From: a virus
Lineage: Duplodnaviria; Heunggongvirae; Uroviricota; Caudoviricetes
DNA length: 64,000 nt
Virus record (IMG/VR): IMGVR_UViG_3300008262_000042
Location: 803-64,802 of that record
Reading direction: 5' to 3' (one strand)
This document shows, one piece after another, positions 8,399 through 17,887 of this stretch (position 1 is the first letter of the stretch; every line of letters starts with the position of its first letter). The notes below the pieces were generated by a model, which saw nothing but the letters and a program-made list of their open reading frames with translations, was not told the DNA's origin and did no database searches. The translations under genes were made by a program, and so were the position numbers.

Positions 8399-9373
8399 TT
8401 ACTTATTTAGATTTAGCATAAATCCATTAGATCCTCCTAATACAGTTGACGGTACGCGCGGTACATCACCATTCGCATTTACCCAACGAATGTACTCAAC
8501 ATATGTTGGACTAAGTTCTCGTGTCTTTAATTTAATCGCTTCTGCTTCACCAGCTGCAGTAATAACCGCTTGGGCTGAATCACCCTTTGCCTTTGCAATC
8601 TTTGTCTCGGCTTCTGCTTGTGCTGTAATTTTATCAAGTTCAGCTTGTTGTGCCTTTTGAATCGCTTCTGTTTTAGACTTAATAACATCAGCCAATTCAT
8701 CTGGCGGAATTACACCAGGATTAATCTGTGTAACAGTAAAATATAGACTAAGTTCTTTATTTAATTCTTTTTCCACTTCTTGTTGATAGTGTTGTTTATT
8801 GTTAAAAATACTATCTATCGTATAGTTGTTACTAGCATTATTTAGTGCAATATTTGTTGCTGTTGCCAACCAATTATCCTCTAAATTTTTAAATTCACCA
8901 CCTTTTAAAAGATTAATATACAAATCAGCAGCTTTTTCTGGCTTTAGTGAATAGTTAAAACTTGGTGCAACTGTTATCGAGAATCCCCCTTTAGTTGTTA
9001 CTAAGAATTTATCATAAGCCACATGATTTTGTCTAATTGAATATTCTACGACATCGCTAATCCATGAATTATAATATACCCAACCCTTAACAGGTATTGC
9101 AACAGGTATACCTTTACTGTTACCAATTCTGTCAATTTTTAACCCTACATTACCCGCATCAATTCTTTGAACTGATATAGGATTAATAATCGATAAGAAG
9201 ATAGAAACTACAACTGTTATTACGAGTTTAACAATTGCCGCGGGGTTTAACTCTTTACTGCGATGTCCAAAACGATCAGGCTCGCTTTCTGTGTAATAAT
9301 TTTTAGAGTTAAATACGCCTAAGATGATACCGAGTACCAAAGTTGTCAAAATGAATGTGATAATTCCAATCAT
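8399..9373 (-). CDS. SPFH/band-7 (prohibitin/HflKC-like) membrane protein
   Basis: N-terminal TM helix, then an SPFH-like domain with a C-terminal Ala/Glu/Lys/Gln-rich coiled-coil (QQAELDKITAQAEAETKIAKAKGDSAQAVITAAGEAEAIKL). Confidence 0.65.
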   Translation of the reverse strand: MIGIITFILTTLVLGIILGVFNSKNYYTESEPDRFGHRSKELNPAAIVKLVITVVVSIFLSIINPISVQRIDAGNVGLKIDRIGNSKGIPVAIPVKGWVYYNSWISDVVEYSIRQNHVAYDKFLVTTKGGFSITVAPSFNYSLKPEKAADLYINLLKGGEFKNLEDNWLATATNIALNNASNNYTIDSIFNNKQHYQQEVEKELNKELSLYFTVTQINPGVIPPDELADVIKSKTEAIQKAQQAELDKITAQAEAETKIAKAKGDSAQAVITAAGEAEAIKLKTRELSPTYVEYIRWVNANGDVPRVPSTVLGGSNGFMLNLNK

Positions 9374-9402
9374 AACTGTGTTTTTTATTTGTTTTTAAAT
9401 GT

Positions 9403-9606
9403 TTACTTAATTAATGATCTAACGAATACATATGCAACGAACAACGCTGTTGCCATTGTTACTACGTATAGACAAACTCCAAAAGTATTTGCAATAGTGT
9501 TGGGTAGCGTGAGTAAATAGGCTGCGAGTTCTAATATGTAGACTGAACCCATAAAACCTATAATAAATAGGCTTAGAATCGTAATGATTTCTTTGAACTT
9601 TTCCAT
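9403..9606 (-). CDS. small two-TM membrane protein (holin candidate)
   Basis: 67 aa with two hydrophobic helices and a basic C-terminus (RSLIK); adjacent to the endolysin. Confidence 0.35.
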   Translation of the reverse strand: MEKFKEIITILSLFIIGFMGSVYILELAAYLLTLPNTIANTFGVCLYVVTMATALFVAYVFVRSLIK

Positions 9607-9753
9607 AACTTTTATTTTAATATTAAACGATATTTAGATACACGTAGACCACATGAATCGGGTGAGGTAGTTTCGTGTGTGCAGAACCTCTGTTAATCGA
9701 TATAAGTAAAAGTACGAATTATATTTTAATTAAAAAAATATTCGTTTTCGGTA

Positions 9754-10335
9754 TTATATATTAACATAATCTGTACCGGGAATAAAATCTCTTTTATTAT
9801 ATTTTTCGAGTAATTGTCTCCACGTGTAACCAAAATCTTTTTGAAAATGCGGTTTATCTTTAAAAGACTTCCAATCTCCGCCCCATTCCCAACCATTAGC
9901 TTTTAAAATATTTACAACTTCCATCCAATCAGCTCTTCCATCTTTATCAAAATCAATAGTATCTTCCCAAGATGCTGTTTCAAATGTGCCATTACCATCT
10001 CTATCACGTAAAAGAACAATATCAAGTGCTAACCTATAGTTGTGAATGCTCTGTCCGCCTTTAGCCTTTGTAATAACGCCTAATCGTCTTCCTTGTGCAT
10101 CAAATAATTTCGTTCTACCTTGCGCGTATAAAGCATTCTGTTCTGCAAATGATCTATAAGTATAAGCGAATCTACATATCGCCCTACCAGTTAAAGCGGG
10201 TACGATTTGATTCCTATATATGTTATCTACTTCTGTTCTAACTTTTGGATGCAGTAGTTGAATTCTTTGTAAAGTAATATTATCCATTGTCTTCGTTTTC
10301 ATTGGTGAAGAAATTAGATAGTATCTTTGAGACAC
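9754..10335 (-). CDS. endolysin, peptidase M15 family (L-alanyl-D-glutamate peptidase-like)
   Basis: Zn-binding motifs of M15 peptidases: GQSIHNYRLALDIV (SxHxxGxAxD) and DWxxxxDxPHF (GGDWKSFKDKPHF). Confidence 0.8.
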   Translation of the reverse strand: MSQRYYLISSPMKTKTMDNITLQRIQLLHPKVRTEVDNIYRNQIVPALTGRAICRFAYTYRSFAEQNALYAQGRTKLFDAQGRRLGVITKAKGGQSIHNYRLALDIVLLRDRDGNGTFETASWEDTIDFDKDGRADWMEVVNILKANGWEWGGDWKSFKDKPHFQKDFGYTWRQLLEKYNKRDFIPGTDYVNI

Positions 10336-10486
10336 CAGCGATAATCATAATAGCTAAAGATAAACCTTTATAGTCTACCATAAAACTAAATGTTGCAATA
10401 GTCATTGCTCCAGCTAATATAGAATCAGCCGCTTTTCTTATAGATTTAGGAGTGGGTTCCCAATATCCTTTCCACGAATATTTCAT
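10280..10486 (-). CDS. small membrane protein (holin/spanin-like)
   Basis: 68 aa with a hydrophobic core (AGAMTIATFSFMVDYKGLSLAIMIIAGV); overlaps the endolysin start. Confidence 0.3.
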   Translation of the reverse strand: MKYSWKGYWEPTPKSIRKAADSILAGAMTIATFSFMVDYKGLSLAIMIIAGVSKILSNFFTNENEDNG

Positions 10487-10529
10487 AAGCCTATACGTTT
10501 ATTATAAATATAAGCAAATGATAATATCG

Positions 10530-10736
10530 TTAAGCAGATATTACGTCAGCTATAATAGATTCCGATACTGATTTAACTTCGAAGTCCATGATACCACCAA
10601 GGTATTTTGTTATTCGAGCCTCAGCTTCAGTACAACTCATAGCATCAACTAGATATTGCACTATAACTTTTTTAATTTTACCGGACTTTTCATCTGCATG
10701 AGTGAATTGCACTTTTGCTAAAAAATACTTTTTCAT
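10530..10736 (-). CDS. hypothetical protein (68 aa)
   Basis: Minus-strand ORF. Confidence 0.3.
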   Translation of the reverse strand: MKKYFLAKVQFTHADEKSGKIKKVIVQYLVDAMSCTEAEARITKYLGGIMDFEVKSVSESIIADVISA

Positions 10737-10754
10737 TTATTGGTTGTTTGTTGT

Positions 10755-11093
10755 TTATTTCCAGAGTGCTTGAACAGCTATTATGATACAGCTTAAGATT
10801 ATGCACACGATTGTTTTAAGACTTACGCCTTCTTTGAATATTAACCAAGACAATGCTGAAAATACAACTACGCCAATTGCAAAACCTAACAATCTGCCTG
10901 GCCACATATCGCCTTTATAATAATCGGCGAAGTAGTGTACACTCTTATAGAACGCGAAAGCGGCTGGTATACCTGATAGATATATCAGCCACTCGTTCTG
11001 TTGCAGTATTTTATATTTGTAGGATCCTTGAAATGATACGAAACTTATAGCTTGTCCTAAAGCTCCGTACAAAATAGCTAATAGCATTTTCAT
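10755..11093 (-). CDS. membrane protein (112 aa, 3-4 TM)
   Basis: Multiple hydrophobic helices. Confidence 0.45.
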   Translation of the reverse strand: MKMLLAILYGALGQAISFVSFQGSYKYKILQQNEWLIYLSGIPAAFAFYKSVHYFADYYKGDMWPGRLLGFAIGVVVFSALSWLIFKEGVSLKTIVCIILSCIIIAVQALWK

Positions 11094-11126
11094 AACTGCC
11101 CGTTTTGTGCTTATTTGTGTAAGCGA

Positions 11127-11315
11127 TTAATCTTCTTCATTCACATTTAGATACAAACCAGTTGATCTATTACCACCTTCTTCTTCGATGGAGTTTTTAT
11201 AGTTCACGCCAGCTTTTTCTAATAGTGTATGAATCTCTTTTTTGATTTCTTTCAAACTGCTTATATATTCTTGCAGTTTCTTTTTTTCGTCCGGAGAAAG
11301 TTTGCTAAGTCTCAT
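11127..11315 (-). CDS. hypothetical protein (62 aa)
   Basis: Minus-strand ORF. Confidence 0.3.
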   Translation of the reverse strand: MRLSKLSPDEKKKLQEYISSLKEIKKEIHTLLEKAGVNYKNSIEEEGGNRSTGLYLNVNEED

Positions 11316-11324
11316 TAATATTTT

Positions 11325-11531
11325 TTAATAAATATTCGACAATTTAGCAATGTGTTCTGCTTGCTTAGGATCTTTTATGACAGCGATTTCATAGTCAGAT
11401 TTTCCACTTGATGTAATTACACCGGAATATCGTTGAGCGGAACTATGATTAACGCATGTGTCTTTATATCCCAATTGAACACGTTTTTCTGGTATTTCTG
11501 ATTGGCAAACTTTACAATACTTTTTTTGCAT
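11325..11531 (-). CDS. zinc-ribbon protein (68 aa)
   Basis: CKVCQ...CVNH Cys pairs. Confidence 0.35.
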   Translation of the reverse strand: MQKKYCKVCQSEIPEKRVQLGYKDTCVNHSSAQRYSGVITSSGKSDYEIAVIKDPKQAEHIAKLSNIY

Positions 11532-11668
11532 AACTTTAATTTTAATGGTTGATTACTTTGTTTTTACTAAATAATATAATGCGATTGTTAAAAATACCCA
11601 TAACGCGGATATTAACGCCATTTTTACGGCTAATTTTTCTTTTTTGTTCATAACTTTTGTTTTTGTGA

Positions 11669-12439
11669 TTATTGTCTTGTCGAATGTACGCTAATGACAT
11701 CGTCTTCTATAACTAGATATTCTCCGCTTGTGCCTAAACAGTCTATGCAATAGTACTTATTACCATACGCTTTCTGCACAGCTTTTAAATCTATACGATC
11801 TATTTCTGTGTGGCCGAATATCTGAATGTATTGTTTCTTTAATTCAGACTTTTTATTTGATTTAAGAAGAGCCGTAGGTCGTATCCATATAGGAGTCTGA
11901 TTCTTATCATTACCATACGGGTCCCATCCAGTGAATTCGAAAGCATGCGGTTTATACCTAAATAACTCGTTTAGTTCTACAGTGACATGCTCTACTGACC
12001 ATCCTCCTTCGCCGAACACATTATTCATAAACACAGTGCTTACACCTGCGTGGGTAAATAGATAGTTATTAAAGCTATATGCCATTTGTAAATGCTCTCG
12101 ATTTTGGTCAATGACATACTCGATTTGGTATTTGCCTACGCTTTGGTAACCAGAGGTACCAGTATATCCGATCTCTGGAAAGTAATGATGATCATGGTTG
12201 CCTATTAGTAATATTACTTCTATCCCTGATTTCTTTTTGAATTCAATTACATCGAGAAAGTTATTAATCTGTTCTTCGGTTTTTAAATCAAATGAATCGA
12301 AATAGTCTCCAACGAATATGATTCTATCTGGATGCTTTGAGAATGTGGTCTCCATATATGTGGCTAATTTCCAAGTGGAACGGCCATGTAAATCTCCAAA
12401 TACTAATGTTTTCATAATAAATTTTTTTAGTCCCACCAA
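11669..12439 (-). CDS. calcineurin-like metallophosphoesterase (Ser/Thr phosphatase-like)
   Basis: Metallophosphatase motifs GDLHG, GDYFD, GNHD in the canonical order. Confidence 0.8.
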   Translation of the reverse strand: MVGLKKFIMKTLVFGDLHGRSTWKLATYMETTFSKHPDRIIFVGDYFDSFDLKTEEQINNFLDVIEFKKKSGIEVILLIGNHDHHYFPEIGYTGTSGYQSVGKYQIEYVIDQNREHLQMAYSFNNYLFTHAGVSTVFMNNVFGEGGWSVEHVTVELNELFRYKPHAFEFTGWDPYGNDKNQTPIWIRPTALLKSNKKSELKKQYIQIFGHTEIDRIDLKAVQKAYGNKYYCIDCLGTSGEYLVIEDDVISVHSTRQ

Positions 12440-13014
12440 CCTTGACTACGCTCTTCCATTATTCTCCAAAGTAGTCTATGACACCGGTCTTGATTATATT
12501 TACTCACAAAAAACGCAAGTCTTTCTTTATTTGATAAGTCCTCGTTAGGGTATAATTTCTTAATTCGTCTGACAGCACCTTTATACTTAGTTAAATAATC
12601 ATCCCAGTTTTCAGAGTTAGTTTTTGTACTTATTGTAAAGTGATCTGAGCTATCTTCACAAGGCGTAAAAACAAGCTCGCTATCTTCGTAGTTGTATTTT
12701 TCAAATACATAATACTCTTCATGCTTACGTTCAATTAAGTTGAGTACCAAAGTCATATCACGATTATCCATAGGTACTCTAGTATGCCTGTTATGCTTAA
12801 CAATGTACTCTCTTTGGAACTCTATCTTCTTCTGTAATACCTTTGTAATGTAGTAATCGTCCCAATTTCTATCCTTGTAGAGAGTAGGCATCCATCTGAT
12901 AATGTTTGTTATGCCATCTATAAACTCTTTGAACCAGATAGGAGTGTGTCTACGCCAGGTCTTTCTATCCCATGCCGAATCTTTCGGGATTGGTAATTTA
13001 GTGTATTGCTTCAT
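12427..13014 (-). CDS. hypothetical protein (195 aa)
   Basis: Minus-strand ORF, Trp/Arg-rich; no motif. Confidence 0.4.
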   Translation of the reverse strand: MKQYTKLPIPKDSAWDRKTWRRHTPIWFKEFIDGITNIIRWMPTLYKDRNWDDYYITKVLQKKIEFQREYIVKHNRHTRVPMDNRDMTLVLNLIERKHEEYYVFEKYNYEDSELVFTPCEDSSDHFTISTKTNSENWDDYLTKYKGAVRRIKKLYPNEDLSNKERLAFFVSKYNQDRCHRLLWRIMEERSQGWWD

Positions 13015-13016
13015 AA

Positions 13017-13952
13017 TTACTTAGTTTCGTTTGTTAATGAATATGATACTTCTCCTGCTTTTTCTTCGACTAAAGTACCGTATTGTACTTCGTCATTAGT
13101 TAATTGGTAACCGAATTTGATTCCTGCTTGTCCGTTACGATTCTTAGAGAATATGATATATGTACCACCACCATCTTTATCTGACTCTCTACGCATTTCC
13201 ATATGAGCATCAGTAATATGCTTCATCTTATTGCTACCCACGAATACTCCGCTTTTGGTAACTTGTTGAATCAGCATGAATGTAGTATACGCTTTACGTT
13301 TATTATTCCCTTCGTTATTCATTACGCAAAGATCTACTAACCATTTTTCTGCGGCTGTTTGAGACATAGAGTTATCTTCCTTAACAGATGCGAGTACTTC
13401 TACGATACTATCTACAAGTACGTAATCGTAGCCCTCTTGCATAAGCTTTTCCATAACGTCTTTAAAGTTGTGGTTCATAAAGTCAGATGTGAATATAGTA
13501 TCTACTTCACCAAACACTGGAAATCTACGCATATATTTGAACATCTGAATCTTACTCATCTCAGCACACACAAATAAGCATTTTAAGTTTGGATTCTTTT
13601 TCTGCATATTTGACAATGTGTGAAGTAATACGGTAGTTTTACCCACACCTGGGTCACCTGTACACATAATGTTAGTCGCGACAGGCACACCGCCTTCGTG
13701 AGAAAACAACATATCTACGATAAGTCCACTACTATGGCATTTTAACATGCTGTCATTAACATCGAGTGAATTCAGCTTAACTACTTTTGAGAAATTAATA
13801 TCTTCGGCTTTTGCAACTTTTACGCCTTTTTTAATTGTGTGCGTACGTTTACCTTTGTTTGCTAAATATTGATCGACAGTGATGCCTAATTCCTTTGCTT
13901 TTAATTTCGCGTAATACATTTGTCCGTAACTCAATTTTGATTTTTTATTCAT
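13017..13952 (-). CDS. RecA-superfamily P-loop ATPase (RadA/KaiC/DnaB-like)
   Basis: Walker A GDPGVGKTT and Walker B YVLVDSI; N-terminal HTH-like segment. Confidence 0.5.
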   Translation of the reverse strand: MNKKSKLSYGQMYYAKLKAKELGITVDQYLANKGKRTHTIKKGVKVAKAEDINFSKVVKLNSLDVNDSMLKCHSSGLIVDMLFSHEGGVPVATNIMCTGDPGVGKTTVLLHTLSNMQKKNPNLKCLFVCAEMSKIQMFKYMRRFPVFGEVDTIFTSDFMNHNFKDVMEKLMQEGYDYVLVDSIVEVLASVKEDNSMSQTAAEKWLVDLCVMNNEGNNKRKAYTTFMLIQQVTKSGVFVGSNKMKHITDAHMEMRRESDKDGGGTYIIFSKNRNGQAGIKFGYQLTNDEVQYGTLVEEKAGEVSYSLTNETK

Positions 13953-14236
13953 AACTTATTTTTTTAGTTAAACGAGAAACGTAAAATTATAACAATGTTT
14001 TGAACTAAAAAAATTTTTTATAGGTTTTTTTAAAAATTGTCCATTGATAACCAAATAGTTAACCTAACTTATTGGAAACCAATAAATTGCAACTAATTGA
14101 CTATCAATCTGTTATATTACGAGCTCACCAGAAGCTCATGGTCAGCGCATAATTTTTGACGATATATGATCTATGGAAGTAAAAATAGCTGCCCAAATTT
14201 TACTTGGTGTGTTTAGGGAAGCTTCTATAATAGCCA
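13953..14236. promoter_or_regulatory. second intergenic regulatory region sharing the same motif set
   Basis: 284-nt gap with TTTTTTTAAAAATTGT, TTGATAACCAA, TTGGAAACCAATAA and AAGCTCATGG in the same relative order of blocks as 5837-6254. Confidence 0.45.
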
Positions 14237-14506
14237 TTAGGGCCTAGCAATATACTCTAATATGATTCTTGATAGCTCTTGAATAGCTTTTGTGTTCTCT
14301 TGCACTAAAGATGCCATTCTATCTCGCTCTTCGCTAATTAAATCAAGCATTTCCTCTTGAAGTTTATCTACCTTCTTTTCTAATTCACTATTTTTTTTCT
14401 CAAGTCTTTGCCATTGATTATAAGCAAAATATCCTAATACTAATGCTAAAGCACCTAATACCCCGTATTGAAGGAATTCGGTAGATAGTGAAATTTTTGG
14501 ATCCAT
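14237..14506 (-). CDS. membrane-anchored coiled-coil protein (89 aa)
   Basis: TM helix (VLGALALVLGYFAY) followed by coiled-coil. Confidence 0.35.
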   Translation of the reverse strand: MDPKISLSTEFLQYGVLGALALVLGYFAYNQWQRLEKKNSELEKKVDKLQEEMLDLISEERDRMASLVQENTKAIQELSRIILEYIARP

Positions 14507-14579
14507 CCTAATAGTCTAATTTTTACTAGCTTTGTATATTACCTTTTCTGTGTATAAATATACCGAAAGTCTTGTAAAT

Positions 14580-14960
14580 TTAGATATTGTAAAATAATCT
14601 TAAATAATTTATGCACTTTTTTGTATCTTTTTTTGCTCGCTTTTTTGCAGCTATTTCAAAAGGATGATCATCGTAATCAAACTTTTCAGCAAGCTTTTGA
14701 TATTGACTATCTGATTGCTTATAATGAGCATACTCTTCTATAATTGTTGATACTAAATACTCTAATTCTTCTGGCTTTTTTATGTCGCTATTTATATAGA
14801 TAATGTTTTCTAAGGGTTCATAATAACCATCTAGATCTTGATCTTCATGATCTTTAAACTTCTTATAGCTTATATGTGGATACGGTGCATATTTAGATCT
14901 ACCGTAATTTTGAATGCACCAATATAATACTTTATTAACATGTCCTTTATTCAATCTCAT
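14580..14960 (-). CDS. hypothetical protein with EEYAH motif (126 aa)
   Basis: IIEEYAHYK resembles the HEYAH motif of the next gene; possible degenerate metallopeptidase-like paralog. Confidence 0.3.
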   Translation of the reverse strand: MRLNKGHVNKVLYWCIQNYGRSKYAPYPHISYKKFKDHEDQDLDGYYEPLENIIYINSDIKKPEELEYLVSTIIEEYAHYKQSDSQYQKLAEKFDYDDHPFEIAAKKRAKKDTKKCINYLRLFYNI

Positions 14961-15559
14961 ATTCCCGATATTTGAAAAGCTTTTATTACTTTCTTACTCA
15001 TCTTTCTGTAATTCATTCTGAAGGTGGGTGACATAACATTAATTACACTTATATTTGTATATGGACTATTTTTAGGTGTACTCCAACGTCTTGTTGTTTT
15101 TATGTGATTATAAAACTGTACATATGCATTTGCCTTTTTTATATAATGATCTAAATCAATATCTAAATTAAACTTTTTGATTATATTTACAGATCGCTTT
15201 TCATTATCTAGTTCGAGATATTTTACTATATCGATATGTTTTTTGTAATCTCGTACTACTTCTTTTTTAGATAACCATGCATCCATCTTATTGACAGAAT
15301 CATATTTGATCATTTTTTTCCATATGTCACAATTATCCAACCACTGAGTCATATGCGCATACTCATGAACAAGTATCTCTAAACTATCTTCTCGATTCAT
15401 TGCGCATACTAGTTCTAAAGAGGATTCATCAAAATATCCAGAACATTTAATATTATTTGATAATCTTAGATATGAAACTGGTTTAAGTTTGCATTTTATT
15501 CCATATTTAGCACACTCTGATTTTACATGATCGATGAACGCTTTTGTATTTTTTGTCAT
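14957..15559 (-). CDS. putative HExxH zinc metallopeptidase-like protein (200 aa)
   Basis: LVHEYAHMTQW HExxH motif. Confidence 0.35.
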   Translation of the reverse strand: MTKNTKAFIDHVKSECAKYGIKCKLKPVSYLRLSNNIKCSGYFDESSLELVCAMNREDSLEILVHEYAHMTQWLDNCDIWKKMIKYDSVNKMDAWLSKKEVVRDYKKHIDIVKYLELDNEKRSVNIIKKFNLDIDLDHYIKKANAYVQFYNHIKTTRRWSTPKNSPYTNISVINVMSPTFRMNYRKMSKKVIKAFQISGI

Positions 15560-15563
15560 ATTA

Positions 15564-16010
15564 TTATTTAGTTAATTGATCTTTTACTTGTGATAGCGAT
15601 ATTAAGGTGATTCCAAATGGAAGCAGTACTATTATTATTGCTAAGTATGCTAATAAAGAAATTCCCCATATTATTGTAAGGAATATCCATTGTTCTATAA
15701 CCAATAAAAGTGCGTCTTTAAACTTTATAGATTCTAAGAATCCACTTAATATTAAAATGCAAAATCCTAAAGAGTAACATATGATTAATAAAAGAAATAG
15801 CACATATGTTATCTTAGTCACATAATAAATTAACTTAGCAAAAAAACTACTATTAGACCATAATATGCCTAATAATATTGATAAAGGAAATAATATTAGT
15901 GCAAAAAGTACACAAAATATATTAAGATAAGTTGAAATAAGTACACCGTAATGCACAAAATTAGATTCGAGTAACATAACTTTTATTTTGAATAGATACA
16001 AATATACCAC
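15564..16010 (-). CDS. polytopic membrane protein (148 aa)
   Basis: Almost entirely hydrophobic, 4-5 predicted TM helices. Confidence 0.45.
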   Translation of the reverse strand: MVYLYLFKIKVMLLESNFVHYGVLISTYLNIFCVLFALILFPLSILLGILWSNSSFFAKLIYYVTKITYVLFLLLIICYSLGFCILILSGFLESIKFKDALLLVIEQWIFLTIIWGISLLAYLAIIIVLLPFGITLISLSQVKDQLTK

Positions 16011-16049
16011 TATATTTCGATATGGTAAAATTTAAGTTTCTAGTGATAT

Positions 16050-16784
16050 TTAAACGTAGTCTACTAAATCTGAGAGATCGTCACTCGATTTATAATTTGT
16101 ATCTGCTTTTTCTATACTATCTTTATTTAGGTTATCTAATTCTACACCTAATTTTTTAATATGATCTATATAAAAACTATCTAATTGGTAAAATTCTTTT
16201 TTCTCTTGCTTCGCTTGCGGTAAATTTAAAGATATAGTTTCTACTTTTTCAACAACTGAATCTTCATAGAAATCTAAACAATGTAAGAATGAACAGTTAT
16301 AGCAAACAAATTCCATATTTTGTATTCTCCAATCACTTTTATCCCCATTCTTGAAGTTTAATAGTATCGGAATTTTATTATCTTCGACTCTTCTTTCTTC
16401 GAAGCCACATCTATTGCACTTCTCTTCTAGTTTTTCGTGTACTATTAAGTTGTCCTTTAATTTTTGTATACGTTCAGGACTGTATTTTTGATTTGGTTGA
16501 AGTATATTTTCCCAATTTATTCTTTGCTTTCCACCAACCCAACTACGACCTATAACCCCTTTCATAGCTTGATTCATATGTAGATCGAATAAGCTTTTAC
16601 CCGTTTCAGGATCTCTATACGCCTTAGCATACTTCTTGTATGTAGGATAACTTACTTCAAGAAATTCAGCCGCTTTTTTATTAGACGTGCTATTTGCCAT
16701 AGCTTTTCTAATATCCTCTTCTGTGAGTTCTATTCCTTTATATACCCAGTTCCCTATTTGGTTTTCAAACTTCTTTTCTTCCAT
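16050..16784 (-). CDS. HTH + zinc-finger (HNH-like) protein (244 aa)
   Basis: N-terminal HTH-like KKAAEFLEVSYPTYKKYAK; C-terminal CNRCGF...CYNCSF Cys pairs typical of HNH/zinc-ribbon nucleases. Confidence 0.35.
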   Translation of the reverse strand: MEEKKFENQIGNWVYKGIELTEEDIRKAMANSTSNKKAAEFLEVSYPTYKKYAKAYRDPETGKSLFDLHMNQAMKGVIGRSWVGGKQRINWENILQPNQKYSPERIQKLKDNLIVHEKLEEKCNRCGFEERRVEDNKIPILLNFKNGDKSDWRIQNMEFVCYNCSFLHCLDFYEDSVVEKVETISLNLPQAKQEKKEFYQLDSFYIDHIKKLGVELDNLNKDSIEKADTNYKSSDDLSDLVDYV

Positions 16785-16787
16785 AGA

Positions 16788-17204
16788 CTAATCTATTTTT
16801 GGATTGACTCTTCTCATTAGATTATATAAGTCATAAGGATTGTTTAAGTACACCTCTTCTCCTGTCATTTCAATTATAATTGGATTGATAGTGTTATCTT
16901 CTGGATTTATTCTTTCGTATAGATAAAATGATATTAGATTATAGCACTCTTTTCCATAACTAGTATAAAGTAATGCATCAATAACTTCTAAAAACTTATC
17001 ATCATAGTTAGATAGATCTATATTCAAATCATATTGTGATATTATAGATCTCGCTTGAATCTCCTCTAACGTATTAATTACTTGTTTAAACAACTCAAGT
17101 TTCTTATCAGCTTCTGATCTTCTCTTTCTTCTAACTACAGAATTTGTATTTAATATCTTATCTACTGTTATTTTTAAATCCTTATAATCATCCATTTGCA
17201 TCAA
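16788..17204 (-). CDS. hypothetical protein (138 aa)
   Basis: Minus-strand ORF. Confidence 0.35.
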   Translation of the reverse strand: MMQMDDYKDLKITVDKILNTNSVVRRKRRSEADKKLELFKQVINTLEEIQARSIISQYDLNIDLSNYDDKFLEVIDALLYTSYGKECYNLISFYLYERINPEDNTINPIIIEMTGEEVYLNNPYDLYNLMRRVNPKID

Positions 17205-17538
17205 TTTTTTTAAGTGATTTAGATTGCTTTGATTGTATCTTTGTGATTAGAGCATTAATTCTTGCACACTCTACGTAATCCTCTTTAGCAACATTCTCAG
17301 ATAAGCATGATGATAATGCAGATACCCAATCTTTTTTGTGTAAGTCCATATAGTAGCTACTATTATTTATTTCGAATAAAGTAGCATAATTACTTTTATT
17401 CTTGATAGCTTCTTCTATTGCATTTGGGGTTTCTTTAAGAACAAGAGTCTTTAAAGATTCTGAAGTTAGTAAATCTTCTGAATCATATGAGCTTAGGTTT
17501 TCAATATATGCTCTAACTTTTCTGTTGTTTTTTGCCAT
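17188..17538 (-). CDS. hypothetical protein (116 aa)
   Basis: Minus-strand ORF. Confidence 0.35.
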   Translation of the reverse strand: MAKNNRKVRAYIENLSSYDSEDLLTSESLKTLVLKETPNAIEEAIKNKSNYATLFEINNSSYYMDLHKKDWVSALSSCLSENVAKEDYVECARINALITKIQSKQSKSLKKIDANG

Positions 17539-17555
17539 AACTTTTGATTTTTATT

Positions 17556-17867
17556 TTATTTACTACCTTTAATAACGTCCATTAATATCTTTGAGATGGA
17601 GTTTAATGGTACTATAAAAGATATTACATTTTTGTATGGGTTTCTTTCATTATAATCTAAGGCAATACCTGAATCTCCAAATCTTTTTTGAAGAGCTACG
17701 CTTATTTTATTCGCCAACTCTTGAGTTTCTCTTGGATCTTCTGGTGGTTGACTCATTACGAATTGTAAGTTGATTCCTTTTTTTGTTGGAGCACTAGAGA
17801 TTTCAAACTGAAGTGTTAGGCTTTGTCCTAGTATTGTAATTGGGTATTTTGGGTTTAATGAGCTCAT
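17556..17867 (-). CDS. hypothetical protein (103 aa)
   Basis: Minus-strand ORF. Confidence 0.35.
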   Translation of the reverse strand: MSSLNPKYPITILGQSLTLQFEISSAPTKKGINLQFVMSQPPEDPRETQELANKISVALQKRFGDSGIALDYNERNPYKNVISFIVPLNSISKILMDVIKGSK

Positions 17868-17887
17868 CTATGTTTTCTTATAAATAT

